From: Nemertoderma westbladi
Taxonomy: Eukaryota > Animalia > Xenacoelomorpha
NCBI GenBank assembly: GCA_032718475.1
Contig: JAUCBJ010002497.1
Coordinates: 1 to 64,000, forward strand
Length of the DNA stretch: 64,000 nt
Reading direction: 5' to 3'
Of this stretch, positions 51,391-62,265 are shown one piece after another; position 1 is the first letter of the stretch, and each line of letters opens with the position of its first letter. The translations under genes and the position numbers were made by a program. The notes under the pieces were generated by a model that had not been told where the DNA came from, made no database searches, and saw nothing but the letters and a program-made list of their open reading frames with translations.

Positions 51391-52047
51391 CTTTGTTTTG
51401 TACAGGGGTTTCCATCACATCGTTTTGCATTATAGGCCAGATGGGACGCGTGTACCTGAAAAATCTCATACTACATAATCATTTATAATAACATTGTATG
51501 AATTTCTTTAGAAATATTTTATATATGTTGGTGGAAGTTGACGGTACACGTTATTAGTTTACGTATATTTGTCTGTGAATGGTTTAGTTTACTGTTGTAA
51601 ATAGTCATCGTAATTATGCGCGTGCCGGGGCAGCATGGTTCTTAGTTCGCTTAATACAGTTGAGAAGTGATTTGTTTCGAGATTCGAATAAATTTTATTA
51701 CATTTATCATATCGAGTTGTTATACCTCCTTGTTTAATATTAATTATTTATACATTTTGATCACATTAAATACGGATCGTGATTGGAAATTTAGGAAGCA
51801 GGGTGTCATTGTCACACAAAGAGGGACGGGGGGGAGGAGGGACTAATTATAAATCATAAGAAATTGGCAGATACAAAGGCAAATCAAAGTTAAATTTTTG
51901 CGAGTAATAAGTTGATATTTGCCCCTGGAGGGGGATGGATTTTGATTGCAACCAATCTTATCTGCACCGACAACCTTTTCAATATTTTGTCTGTAGTACT
52001 TGCCCACCATGTTTAATGTAAAATATAAATGTTTAATGTAAAAAAAT

Positions 52048-53458
52048 CCTCTTTCAGATGAGACAAATATTAAATTAATAGCTCCAGTAGTTTTCGAGAT
52101 ATGAGGAGTTCCTGGCACCCATACCATTTCGGAACCTTTCGGAATTGATAAAATTACACAAAATACATCACCCTTGAAAGACTTTGGTATAACCATGCAA
52201 CCATACTAGGCTTTTTTGGTTTGTTGAATTCATTATTAGTAATCGAAAGTAAGATTAGAAGCAAAATTTTCATTTTTTTATCATTATATACTAAAAGAGC
52301 ACCAAAAGTGCAAGTAGCACTTTTTTTAAACGTGGTAAATTGGCCGTACTGTTTGGCTACTGAGGTTTTAGAATGTGCTGATTTCATTGGGAAGGTTTAT
52401 TCCTCTACATCAAACATATCGAAGAGTTGTGTAATATAACAACATAGGCATGTTGTTATTTATATTAGTTATTAGTCAGCTATTTGTGACCCCTGGAGAA
52501 CGAAAAAACAAGTATTGGAATTATGGTAATGAAAAATCACCACGAAAACAAGTTTATTTTATGACCATGTGGTTTTTTTGGGATGCTGATCACGAATATG
52601 ACACGGAAAAATATCACACCTTGTTGATTACGGCTTTTTTTGGATACGTGTCAATGTGCGGCACGAAAAATACAAGTAGCACAAATTTCATAATGAAAAA
52701 TCATTACCAAATCAACCTGATTTGATAACATTTGGGGTTTTTTGGGATGCTGGTCACGAATATGACACTCTTAAATATCGTATTATCCATCCAACCAAAT
52801 TTGATTTTTTCCCTTTGAAATTTTATGCTACTTGCATTTTTCGTCCCACCAGACAAACACGAAAAACGATAGTTGCGTTACCACGAATTAGTTTTAACGA
52901 GTTGTATCGTGATTAGCGACCTTGAAAACCAGTATAGTTTCAGAATTACCAAACCAAAGGCAAAATTTAACAGTTTAAAATTTTTGCTACGTTTGTACTT
53001 TTCGTTTTGGAGCACCAAAATTGGGTTTGCACATACCAGAAATATTTATAACTTCTTTCATCGCGATCAGCTACCTCGAAAACCCGTATACGTGGTTGGA
53101 ATTATCAAACCAAACACAAAAGTTTTTAGTTTGACTATTTGAAAATTTCGAGCTACTTGTAATTTTGGTGCTCTTTTAGTGTCTATTATAAAATAAACAA
53201 TGAAGATTTTATTCTAATTTCGCTTTCGATTACTAATAATTAATTCGACTAGAACTAGGACTAGGAACTGACTAGGACTAGACCAAAGGAGCATATTATG
53301 GTTTAATGGTTATACCGAAGTCTTGAAGGGTGATGCTTGTATTTTGAGTAATTTTATCAATTCCGAAAAGTGCTGATATGGTATGGGTGCCAGAAACTCC
53401 TCATATCTCGAAAACTACTGTTGCTATTAAATTTTTATTTGTCTCATCTGAAAGAGGG
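52048..53458. mobile_element. Foldback element / long inverted repeat (~270-300 bp arms)
   Basis: CCTCTTTCAGATGAGACAAA..TTTTCGAGATATGAGGAGTT..GGCACCCATACCAT is mirrored at 53380-53458; the match continues to AAAAGAGCACCAAAA..CAAGTAGC. Confidence 0.8.
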
Positions 53459-54068
53459 CATAATTTTAGTTAGGGACAAGTACTTTCGACACGCTAGACC
53501 TATTGTTTCAGGGGTTTTATCTAAGAGAAATAACTGGCCCACTAAATTTAGGGGCTCTGCAGCAGCTTGGCGGGTCGTATCTATAATAGTAGGTCATGAT
53601 TTACTGATCAATTTACTAGAATGCTACACAATAACTAACTAACTACCACACAGCCGCCGGAGGAGCCGTGTACAAGAGTTTACGAAAGTTAACCCATGTA
53701 GGCTACTGTGTATGTCATTCTTTCTATTTCTCTTTCTGTTGTAGTTAATGATCAATTGATTGGATTTAATTTTGCTTCACTGTCAATCATGCGAAATCGT
53801 GCTGTACAACAGGGATTGAGTGGCCCAGCTGCCAATAAATAAGTGTACACAGTAACCAAGGTCACTGTAATCATATCCGGGTAATTAATTACCCAAATCA
53901 ATCAATCAATATATCAGTCAATCGTCGTTAACTACAGTCCGTATTATTTAAAGCATAGTTAGTATTTTTTCCAACACAAAAATATTTAACTGTTCTGTTG
54001 TAGGCATTCTGTCCTTCCCAATCGCAATATCTTGTATAACACGTTTCAAAGATTAGTCTACTATTAGA

Positions 54069-54523
54069 ACACAGTTTACAGTAAAAATTTTACCTCTAGG
54101 CTCTAATTTTTTCAATATAAATTTAACATTAACCCTATGAAAAGGCTGAAACGACACCCCAATTGGCTTTTTGCGTTCCGGTCACGGTACTGCGGTAAGG
54201 ATCTTTAAAATAATACTACAGTAGCTAGAAATCTACTAAACTATAGTGCAGAGCTGCTAATCACGTAATCAACGCTCTAATTATTTGCCTACTTACAGTA
54301 GCTTTGTCCTGTATTATCGAGACCCTGGATCATAACATCCATCCATACTGCCATAGATCATACAGTGGATAGACTGATTATAATGTTGTATGAATGAATG
54401 AATGTACACCATGGCCCGTAAACAAAAAGCAATTGGGGTGTCGTTTCAGCCTTATCATAGGGTTAATGTTCAATTAATATTGAAAATATTAGTGCCTAGA
54501 AGTAAAATTTGACTGCAAACTGT
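54069..54523. repeat. Inverted repeat (~105-bp arms) upstream of CTDSPL2
   Basis: AACATTAACCCTATGA.AAGGCTGAAACGACACCCCAATTG and its reverse complement at 54429-54468. A third partial copy lies at 54663-54684. Confidence 0.8.
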
Positions 54524-54954
54524 ATTCCTAAATTTAGTTTATTGTTTTGGTAAAAAAAAAAGCCTGCCATTATAACCTGCTACTTTCCTTTACAAGGTAC
54601 CTTAAATTGTGAATTGAATATCGTAATTAAATATTCGCGAAATTAAGTTAATATGTTAAAATAGGCTGAAACGACACCCCAATTATTGGTAATATGCGCC
54701 CGGAACCGCACCAACCAGTACATCACAATCGGCCTACAGCTACAGCAATACAAATACCGGTACAACCAACTCAACTGTTGCCTACTCCTGTACTCACTCC
54801 TACTGAAGCTATTTCAACGTCTGAACGTGCTGTTCAAACCACCGCATTTTGTTCAAGTTACTAATACCAGAATACTAATAAATAACCTACCGCTTCTGCT
54901 GTACTGCGCTACCTGACCCCATCTGCTCGCCATAGGCCTAATTGAAACGGAGCA

Positions 54955-56055
54955 ATGGAAGCGGAATGTGGAAACGATTCTAGTGAAGATGGAGATAACT
55001 CAACCTCCCCCGCGGAAGCCGCCAACGAAACCATCGGAATATTATCCACAATATGTAGTTACATACGTAACTCTAGTTCCGTCAAAACCCCACAAACTCA
55101 CGAAGCGAGAAAACGATCCTACGTGACCGCAGAAACGGCGGAAGGAGACGACTCCACTGTGACAAAAAGAATAAAATTATCTAATCGTATATCCTTCTAT
55201 CGTCGCCACGACTCTGGTGACAGCGGTACACCCCAATCCTCGCAGAAACGTAAATCCTTCTTCTCCGCTTTATTGTCCCCTGTTGTTAATCTATTTTCTC
55301 CGATGATTTTCGGGACTAAGGCTCTAGAAGAACCTCCCAACAACATCGTAACGACCAACAACCGTGAGATGGACTGCTCTCTCCGGCGGGGATACAATCT
55401 CGGTCTGTGTCCCGAGTGGTTCGACCCCTACATGTTTATTAAGAACGCGCCAACTATAGATACAGCGTCTCTGTTTAGCCCGGTACTTCCAGTTCGTACG
55501 AGAAGCAGCCAGGAGTATTGCTTAGTTCTCGATTTAGACGAAACTCTAGTTCACTGCAGTCTAGAAGCTTTAAACGATGCGGACTTCCAATTCCCAGTTC
55601 TTTACAACAACGTTTCTTATCAAGTTTTCGTAAGAGTTAGACCCCACCTCGAGGAATTCCTACAACGTCTTTCGCGATGCTACGAAATAATTTTATTCAC
55701 CGCGAGTAAGAAAGTCTACGCAGATAAACTAGTGAGTTTGCTGGACCCCGGTAGGAAGTGGTTCAAACACCGACTGTTCCGGGACAATTGTATCTCGGTT
55801 CAAGGGATCTACGTGAAACACCTGGGCGTACTGGGTCGGGATCTCGCCAAGACGATAATCGTGGATAACTCGCCCCAGGCGTTCGCCTACCACATGTACA
55901 ACGGGATCCCGATAGAGAGTTGGTTCTCCGACGAGAGGGACATCGAACTGTTGCGTTTGATTCCTTTCCTCGAACGCATCGTCGAGGGACGGAATTCCGA
56001 CGTGCGGAATTGTTTGCGTAGCGAATACCGTCTGCACGAGATGCTACCCTCCTGA
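54955..56055 (+). CDS. CTDSPL2: CTD small phosphatase-like 2 (SCP4), intronless
   Basis: [63 protein letters not shown]. Confidence 0.93.
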   Translation: MEAECGNDSSEDGDNSTSPAEAANETIGILSTICSYIRNSSSVKTPQTHEARKRSYVTAETAEGDDSTVTKRIKLSNRISFYRRHDSGDSGTPQSSQKRKSFFSALLSPVVNLFSPMIFGTKALEEPPNNIVTTNNREMDCSLRRGYNLGLCPEWFDPYMFIKNAPTIDTASLFSPVLPVRTRSSQEYCLVLDLDETLVHCSLEALNDADFQFPVLYNNVSYQVFVRVRPHLEEFLQRLSRCYEIILFTASKKVYADKLVSLLDPGRKWFKHRLFRDNCISVQGIYVKHLGVLGRDLAKTIIVDNSPQAFAYHMYNGIPIESWFSDERDIELLRLIPFLERIVEGRNSDVRNCLRSEYRLHEMLPS

Positions 56056-58199
56056 TACGCAACCCTTTTATTTCGGTATTTATTTAGGTTATAGAAAGTT
56101 CAACTTGTGGCAAATCCGGCTTATTGTAAATCTTTATTTTGGGGGTCGATTTGAGTTTTAGGCTGAAATCTTATATAGGCCTAATTTCAACTCCGGATTT
56201 TGCACAAGTTTTACCGAATTTCTGTTAATTATTTAAAGGAGTTTTGATCTTTTCCAATATAAATTGGACTGGGTTAATTAATTAAGTTTTAATTATATAT
56301 TTGTTTTTTTTATATGTGGTGCCTGGCAGTGCAGTTTTTATTTATTTAACTGTATATTTTCATATGTTCATTTTTTTTGTTCGCAAGTTCAACATTCATT
56401 AATTAGTCATTTTAATTGTTATTTTTGTGTTCCTGATTTTATTTGCATTGAGTTGCGTCCGCTCGTAATTATTATACTCAATATTAATTAATAAGTAGGT
56501 TAATTAAACGTTCATTAAAAATTAATATTTTCAATTACTATTAGGTTTGATATATTCAAAGGGTTTGCAGTTTGTTTCTTTTGACTGTATAAATGATTTT
56601 AAAATTAACAAGTAGCTTATTTCTGGTTAACTTTTTTCATCGTATTGAGTTGATTTAATTCTGTTCGGAATATTATGATTATTAAATTCCATAATTATTA
56701 TTATTCTTTCCTATTCAAATTCGTTGTTTTAAATAAAACTTTGACAAATTGTGCTCCGTTTATATCGCGTACTAATGAGTATTAAAAGCTTCAAAAATTT
56801 GATAGTCGCCTTTACTGAAAAGTTGGTCGGTAGAGGGAAAAATGTTGTTTAAGGCGGGACATTTAAAACTCAAATGGTGGATGATTGTGTGAAAGTTAAG
56901 TATCAGTACATCAATATGGCAGCACCCAAGGGCAACTTTACTACTTATTGTAGTAAAGTTGTCCTTGGCAACACCACGTTCTCACTGTATACAAGAATAA
57001 TAGAAAAAACAAGGCTGTACAAAGTAAATAGGTCTTCAACAACTCAAGGCCGGCATACCGCTTATTGTCAAATGTTCCACGCTTATTGTCAAATGTTCCA
57101 CGCTTATTGTCAAAGGTTCCACGCATATGGTCATAAAGGTTCCACAAACCTACATTTTATTTAAATTTTATTGTGGGGCGAGCCACGAGCGACTGCTAGG
57201 CTGACTGAGACCGTTAGGGGGTGGGTCAATTTTTGCTAATAATTAATTAGTTTCGTTACGATTTTGACATGCTAATAACTTTGACGGATTTAAAGTTTTC
57301 GAGTTGAAAATTTGTAGGCATCAATAAGACCAAACGTTTCGATTTTTAGAGACTTTCAGACACCATCAGTTCAACAATCTCCCTATAGAGGGCTAATGTC
57401 TAAACATTTAATGTCCTCCTATTTCTTTGATTTTGATCCGTTAAAGCTGAAACTTGATTTGTACTATACCATTAGCTGTGTCATTTACAGGAGGATTTTC
57501 CGTCTGCAGTTCTCTAGTCCCAGCTACGGTGCTTAAAATGTCTGAAAGTGAAATCCTTGACCCATTCCGTTATTCCATTCGGTTTATTTCGGGCCATGTC
57601 GAAAATGTAGGACACAAAACCCTAAAAGGTTAGTGGAATAGTCCAATATAGTGAAATCTGTTGCACGACATAGCCAGCATATGCTTATATCTGTTGGCAT
57701 ATTAACAATTTTCAATCGACCACAGATTGGATCATGATTTTTGATATAATTGAGAATAGCAGAGGAAGATTCGAAACGCCGCTCCAGGCTTTCCATTGGA
57801 TAGCACGAAGTACGTTGTATCTGCTTCAGTTGTGTGTCATCGCCGGGAAAGATGTTTGTTCCGTAGGTGATGGGATGGTTGGATATACAATGCTTGTCGA
57901 TAGTTTCTGAGCAGATTCCGAGGATAAAGACGTGAACGCCGAATGGCGTTGAAGATGCCAGTCTCACGACGCAAGCTACAGCTGTGTGCCTTTTTTGTAC
58001 TAACAAATAAATAAACAGGTAAGCAATAGAGAAACAATAGAGGCCTACTACTATAATCGGCCTGCTTCATTGAAACTGCACGTTGAGATGCTATGCCAGC
58101 TTAACAAAAAACATTTTGTCACCACCGCAATCCACAATTGGCAAGCCCAATGCAGCGAGCATTAAGAATGCTATATGCCGGCTTATCAACAAAGTTGCA

Positions 58200-58700
58200 C
58201 CGCCACAACTCCCTATCCCCCATGACATTCCGATATTATCCGCATCTTCAAGGCCAGTACCCTTTAGGCGCCGTTTCACGAAAGTCCTGGGCTGTCCACC
58301 ATGCTTATTCACTCCATGGGGCTGCCAAAGCACAAGATTATACACTGGCTGGTCCTCACGGCGAAAGCAATGTCCTGCAAAGCGGAGACGGCTTTGTTCT
58401 AGTGTCAAGCTGGGGGGAGCCAATGAGACACATCAAATGTTATATAGTGTCTGCTTGGATATGTGTGCATTGTACTTGACACAATGAACCCGACGTAGCA
58501 TTCTTGTGAATGTGCCATCCAGAGATTTGGTGTCCTCAGCAGTTAGAGCCCAGCATGGACTCCCATAGAGGAGTACTGGAACTACTGCTGCTCTAAATAA
58601 TCGGACCTTAAGTTTCCGATTAATTCTCGGTGACTTCCAAATCCTGGAAAGCCTATTCAAGGCTGCCCATGCCCATGCCCATTTAATAATAGCCTTAGGT
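58200..58700 (-). mobile_element. 3' part of an RTE-clade LINE ORF, degenerate
   Basis: AWAALNRLSRIWKS..LKVRLFRA.V.PVLLYGS..W.LT..LDG.FTRMLR and RLRFAGHC.R..LVLWQP. Confidence 0.8.
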
Positions 58701-59954
58701 TGAATTTGAACCTTCGCCACCTGCCAATACAGCAGTGTAAAAGTGGCGACTTAACCCATGGGGACATATTAATTGCTGCAATAATTATTTATTGTCGTCA
58801 TAATTATTTATTGCCTGCTGCAATATTTTTTTTATTGCTGCAATAATTATTTATATTATAGCCGCAATAATTATTTATTGCCGCAATAACGCATTGAACA
58901 TCTTTCTAAATATTTCATGAGTGATTTAAATATTTTCATGACTGATTTCCTTATTTACCTCGACTATTATATTATTTTGAGTTCTGCAGTACAGTAATAC
59001 ACGTCATTTTTTGTAACCAATGAGAGTTTCGGCGTTCTTGTAGTAAGTAGTGCTACTAATTGCTCAAGCAGCGCTTCCAGTTAAGGCTGCTAATATATTA
59101 TATTTGAAAAATGCCCCTTTTCTCACTAAAGTACTGTAATTTAATAATGAGTGAATTAATCTTACATTGTTTCACTAATTTTCTAGAAATTAGTTAAGAT
59201 GGAAGTAGTTTAAAAAATACTTTCTTTGACTAATTTTTTAACTTTTCTTAACAAATTTTCTCATCAGACAGTTTCTTACACATTAAGAAAATGAAACTAA
59301 ATTTTTCAGGCCTATACAGCAGGGACCGTTACGTCAGTAAGTAATTTCGACTCCTGCGCCTGCCATGCGATTTTTGTCAATAACTGTCTGTCAGACTGTA
59401 CGGGTTGTTTGTAAACAAAGTAACACAGTCTGACACTGACCAGCTGACAACAGCAGTACACGGTACTGTCAGACAGTAGTACCTAGTACATACTGAGTTC
59501 TGCCAACTCTGCAACTGTACAATCAATCATACCACCATACCGTTCAGCTGTTGTACCGGTATAATGCAGTCTGACAGTAATACTGTAATACCGGTACCTG
59601 GCAATTGGTGATTGGGGCCGGCCCATCCATCAGACTGTCAGAACGGTAGCGGGAGTACCGGTTCCGGTAACATCCTTCTTCTGTTCTTGACGATCTCTTG
59701 TTTGTTGTACCGGTAGTCAAGTCCAGAAGTCAGGTAGTTGAATTTCGCTAAACTGAAAATGCTAATATCACTGTCAGTGTCAGGACTGCAGTCTGCAGGA
59801 CTGTATTATCTGATTATTACACTTCTGCACTGACTTGGCAGGTGGCAGCTTGGTCAGTCTGTCAGTTGGTAAATCCTGAAATCTGTACAGCTGTATGCTA
59901 CCCTATACAGCTATAGGCCTACATGCTATACCGGGTACCTGACTTAGGGCAGTA

Positions 59955-61387
59955 GGGTGGTTCATATTTAAAAAAATTTTGAATTTCAGCTGGGTTCATG
60001 TTCTAATTTGTTCCAAATTGCATAAAAACACGTTTGATAACTTCAAAATGTGTTGGAGTTTCCGGGAACTACACTCACCGTGGCATCATAGTAGCTGCTT
60101 GAGCCGTCGCCCGGTCCCACATAAAATGTAATCGTGGGACTAGTTCTTGTCATGGTTATGTAAAAAGGTATACATATTCCAATTTCTTGCACAATTTGCT
60201 ACAGAATTGTCGTTGAACCCAACTGAAAATGTTTGTATTAAATTCTTTCACATGTCTACGTCAGTACGTCCAGTTCCCGCCCTTGCCGCTAGTGAGTCAT
60301 ATTCCCAATTATTGTGATGATCAACTTCTAGTATTCCTACCGCATTGATATTATGCTCATTAGAACCGCAATGACCGATTTAGTTGGTGTAGACACCTTC
60401 AAAACAAGCATAGAGCGAGTTGTTTTTGAGATATTGCAGAATACGTGAAGTACGGTACCGGTACAAGTCAACATTCTGACATTAGCGCCTTGATGCGGTA
60501 TTGACAAATACACTAAAAATTATAATTCTAATTATCTCAAGGCATCCACAATTCCCACATAACTGCAATGATCAATTTAGGGGATGTTGACACTCTAAAA
60601 ATATGAGTTGAGTGATTAGTTTTCGAGTTATTGTACAAAATGTCAAGGTTAGGTCCACCAATTAATGACCTTATATTGATTGAGCTGACTCAGTCCAGAC
60701 GTTTTGTACAATACAGCAATAACTCGAGAACTAATCACTGAACTAATATTATTAGAGTGTCAACATCCCCTAAATGGATCACTGCAGTTATGTGTGAATT
60801 GTGGATGCCTTGAGATAATTAGAAGTATCATTTTTAGTCTGTTAGTGTATTTGTCGATATCGCATCAAGGCGCCAATGTTGACTTATACCGGACTTCACA
60901 TTTTCTGCAATATCTCAAAAACTATTCGCTCTAGGCTTGTTTTGAAGGTGTCTACACCAACTAAATCGGTCATTGCGTTTCTAGTGAGCATAATATCCAT
61001 GTGGTAGAAATATTAGAAGTTGATCATCACAAAAATGGGGAATATGACTCACTTGTGGCAAGTGCGGGAACTGGACATGGACATGTCAAAGAATTTAATA
61101 CTAACATTTTCAGTTGGGTTCAACGGCAATTCTGTAGTAAATTGTGCAAGAAATTGGAATATGTATAGGCCTACCTTTTTACCTAACCATGACAAGAACT
61201 AGTCCCACGATTACATTTTATGTGGGACCGGGCGACGGCTCAAGCAGCTACTATGATGCCACGGTGGGTGTAGTTCCCGGAAACTCCAACACATTTTGAA
61301 GTTATCAAACGTGTTTTTATGCAATTTGGAACAAATTAGAACATGAACCCAGCTGAAATTCAAAAATTTTTGAAATATGAACCACCC
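59955..61387. mobile_element. 1.43-kb palindromic (foldback) element, TA-flanked, GG/CC termini
   Basis: TA|GGGTGGTTCATATTT...AAATATGAACCACCC|TA. Arms ~59955-60644 and ~60698-61387, spacer ~55 bp. Confidence 0.9.
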
Positions 61388-61550
61388 TAATACCTGTATA
61401 CAGGCTGACAGGTATATTACTGTATTATACCTGCCTGGCGCCTGGGCCTGGCGTGGCTGCATGGTGGCATGGTAGGCCTATATTCTGTTACGTCTGTCTG
61501 TCTGTTGAATATGGCTGTCGGTAGACCTATGTAAAATGCTGTAATGTGTA

Positions 61551-61919
61551 ATGGATGTCGAGAAAAGTGCAATGGACACTGTCCCCAATGAACTGCGCAA
61601 TTTAAGAGCTTGTTTGTTGTGTTCCCTAGTAAAAACCGTGGACCAATTCGAGGCGGACGGATGTGATAATTGCGATTCCTATATTTCTATGCGCGGTAAT
61701 CGGGAGAACATATACGATTGCTCCAGTTCAAACTTCCACGGCATCATTGCTCTTATGAATCCTGAGGATAGTTGGGTTGGTAAATGGCAACGCATAAATC
61801 GCCACGTTAAAGGTTGTTACGCTATATCTGTGACGGGTCAGTTACCAGCCGGTATTGTAAGTGATCTCCGAAGTCAAGGAATAACTCATCGATCCAGGGA
61901 TCGTAGTGTTAATCAGTAA
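61551..61919 (+). CDS. SUPT4H1: Transcription elongation factor SPT4, intronless
   Basis: [57 protein letters not shown]. Confidence 0.97.
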   Translation: MDVEKSAMDTVPNELRNLRACLLCSLVKTVDQFEADGCDNCDSYISMRGNRENIYDCSSSNFHGIIALMNPEDSWVGKWQRINRHVKGCYAISVTGQLPAGIVSDLRSQGITHRSRDRSVNQ

Positions 61920-62265
61920 GACTTCCCACTGAAACTTTCTTCAAATACTTTTCTTTTCTATTATTATATTGACTTAGTACCACTGTCTGACTGTACTATA
62001 CTAACAAAAGAAGCTAACTGCCGTAACTGAATATAATAAACCATATAATTTGATTATATGCCGTTCAGCCGTTATATTATTCACGTCATACAGTCATATA
62101 CCCCCCATCCAGCCATATGCGTGTCACTCTCGCTCAAGTCACTCAATATCATCACTGACTGAGAACGAAATCAACCCCATTGTACCGATTGCTGTACGTG
62201 TACGTACACTAACCCTTTACTGCTTTTCGGGCCCTACCTAACCGAACTCACTACCGAACATAGTA

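Noticed and set aside
35638-56055. Bacterial, viral or horizontally transferred origin of the intronless genes
   Set aside because: All are eukaryotic or animal gene families embedded among animal transposons, next to spliced genes.
59955-61387. Long inverted repeats as amplification or assembly chimeras
   Set aside because: Arms differ by many substitutions and indels and have defined TA-flanked ends.
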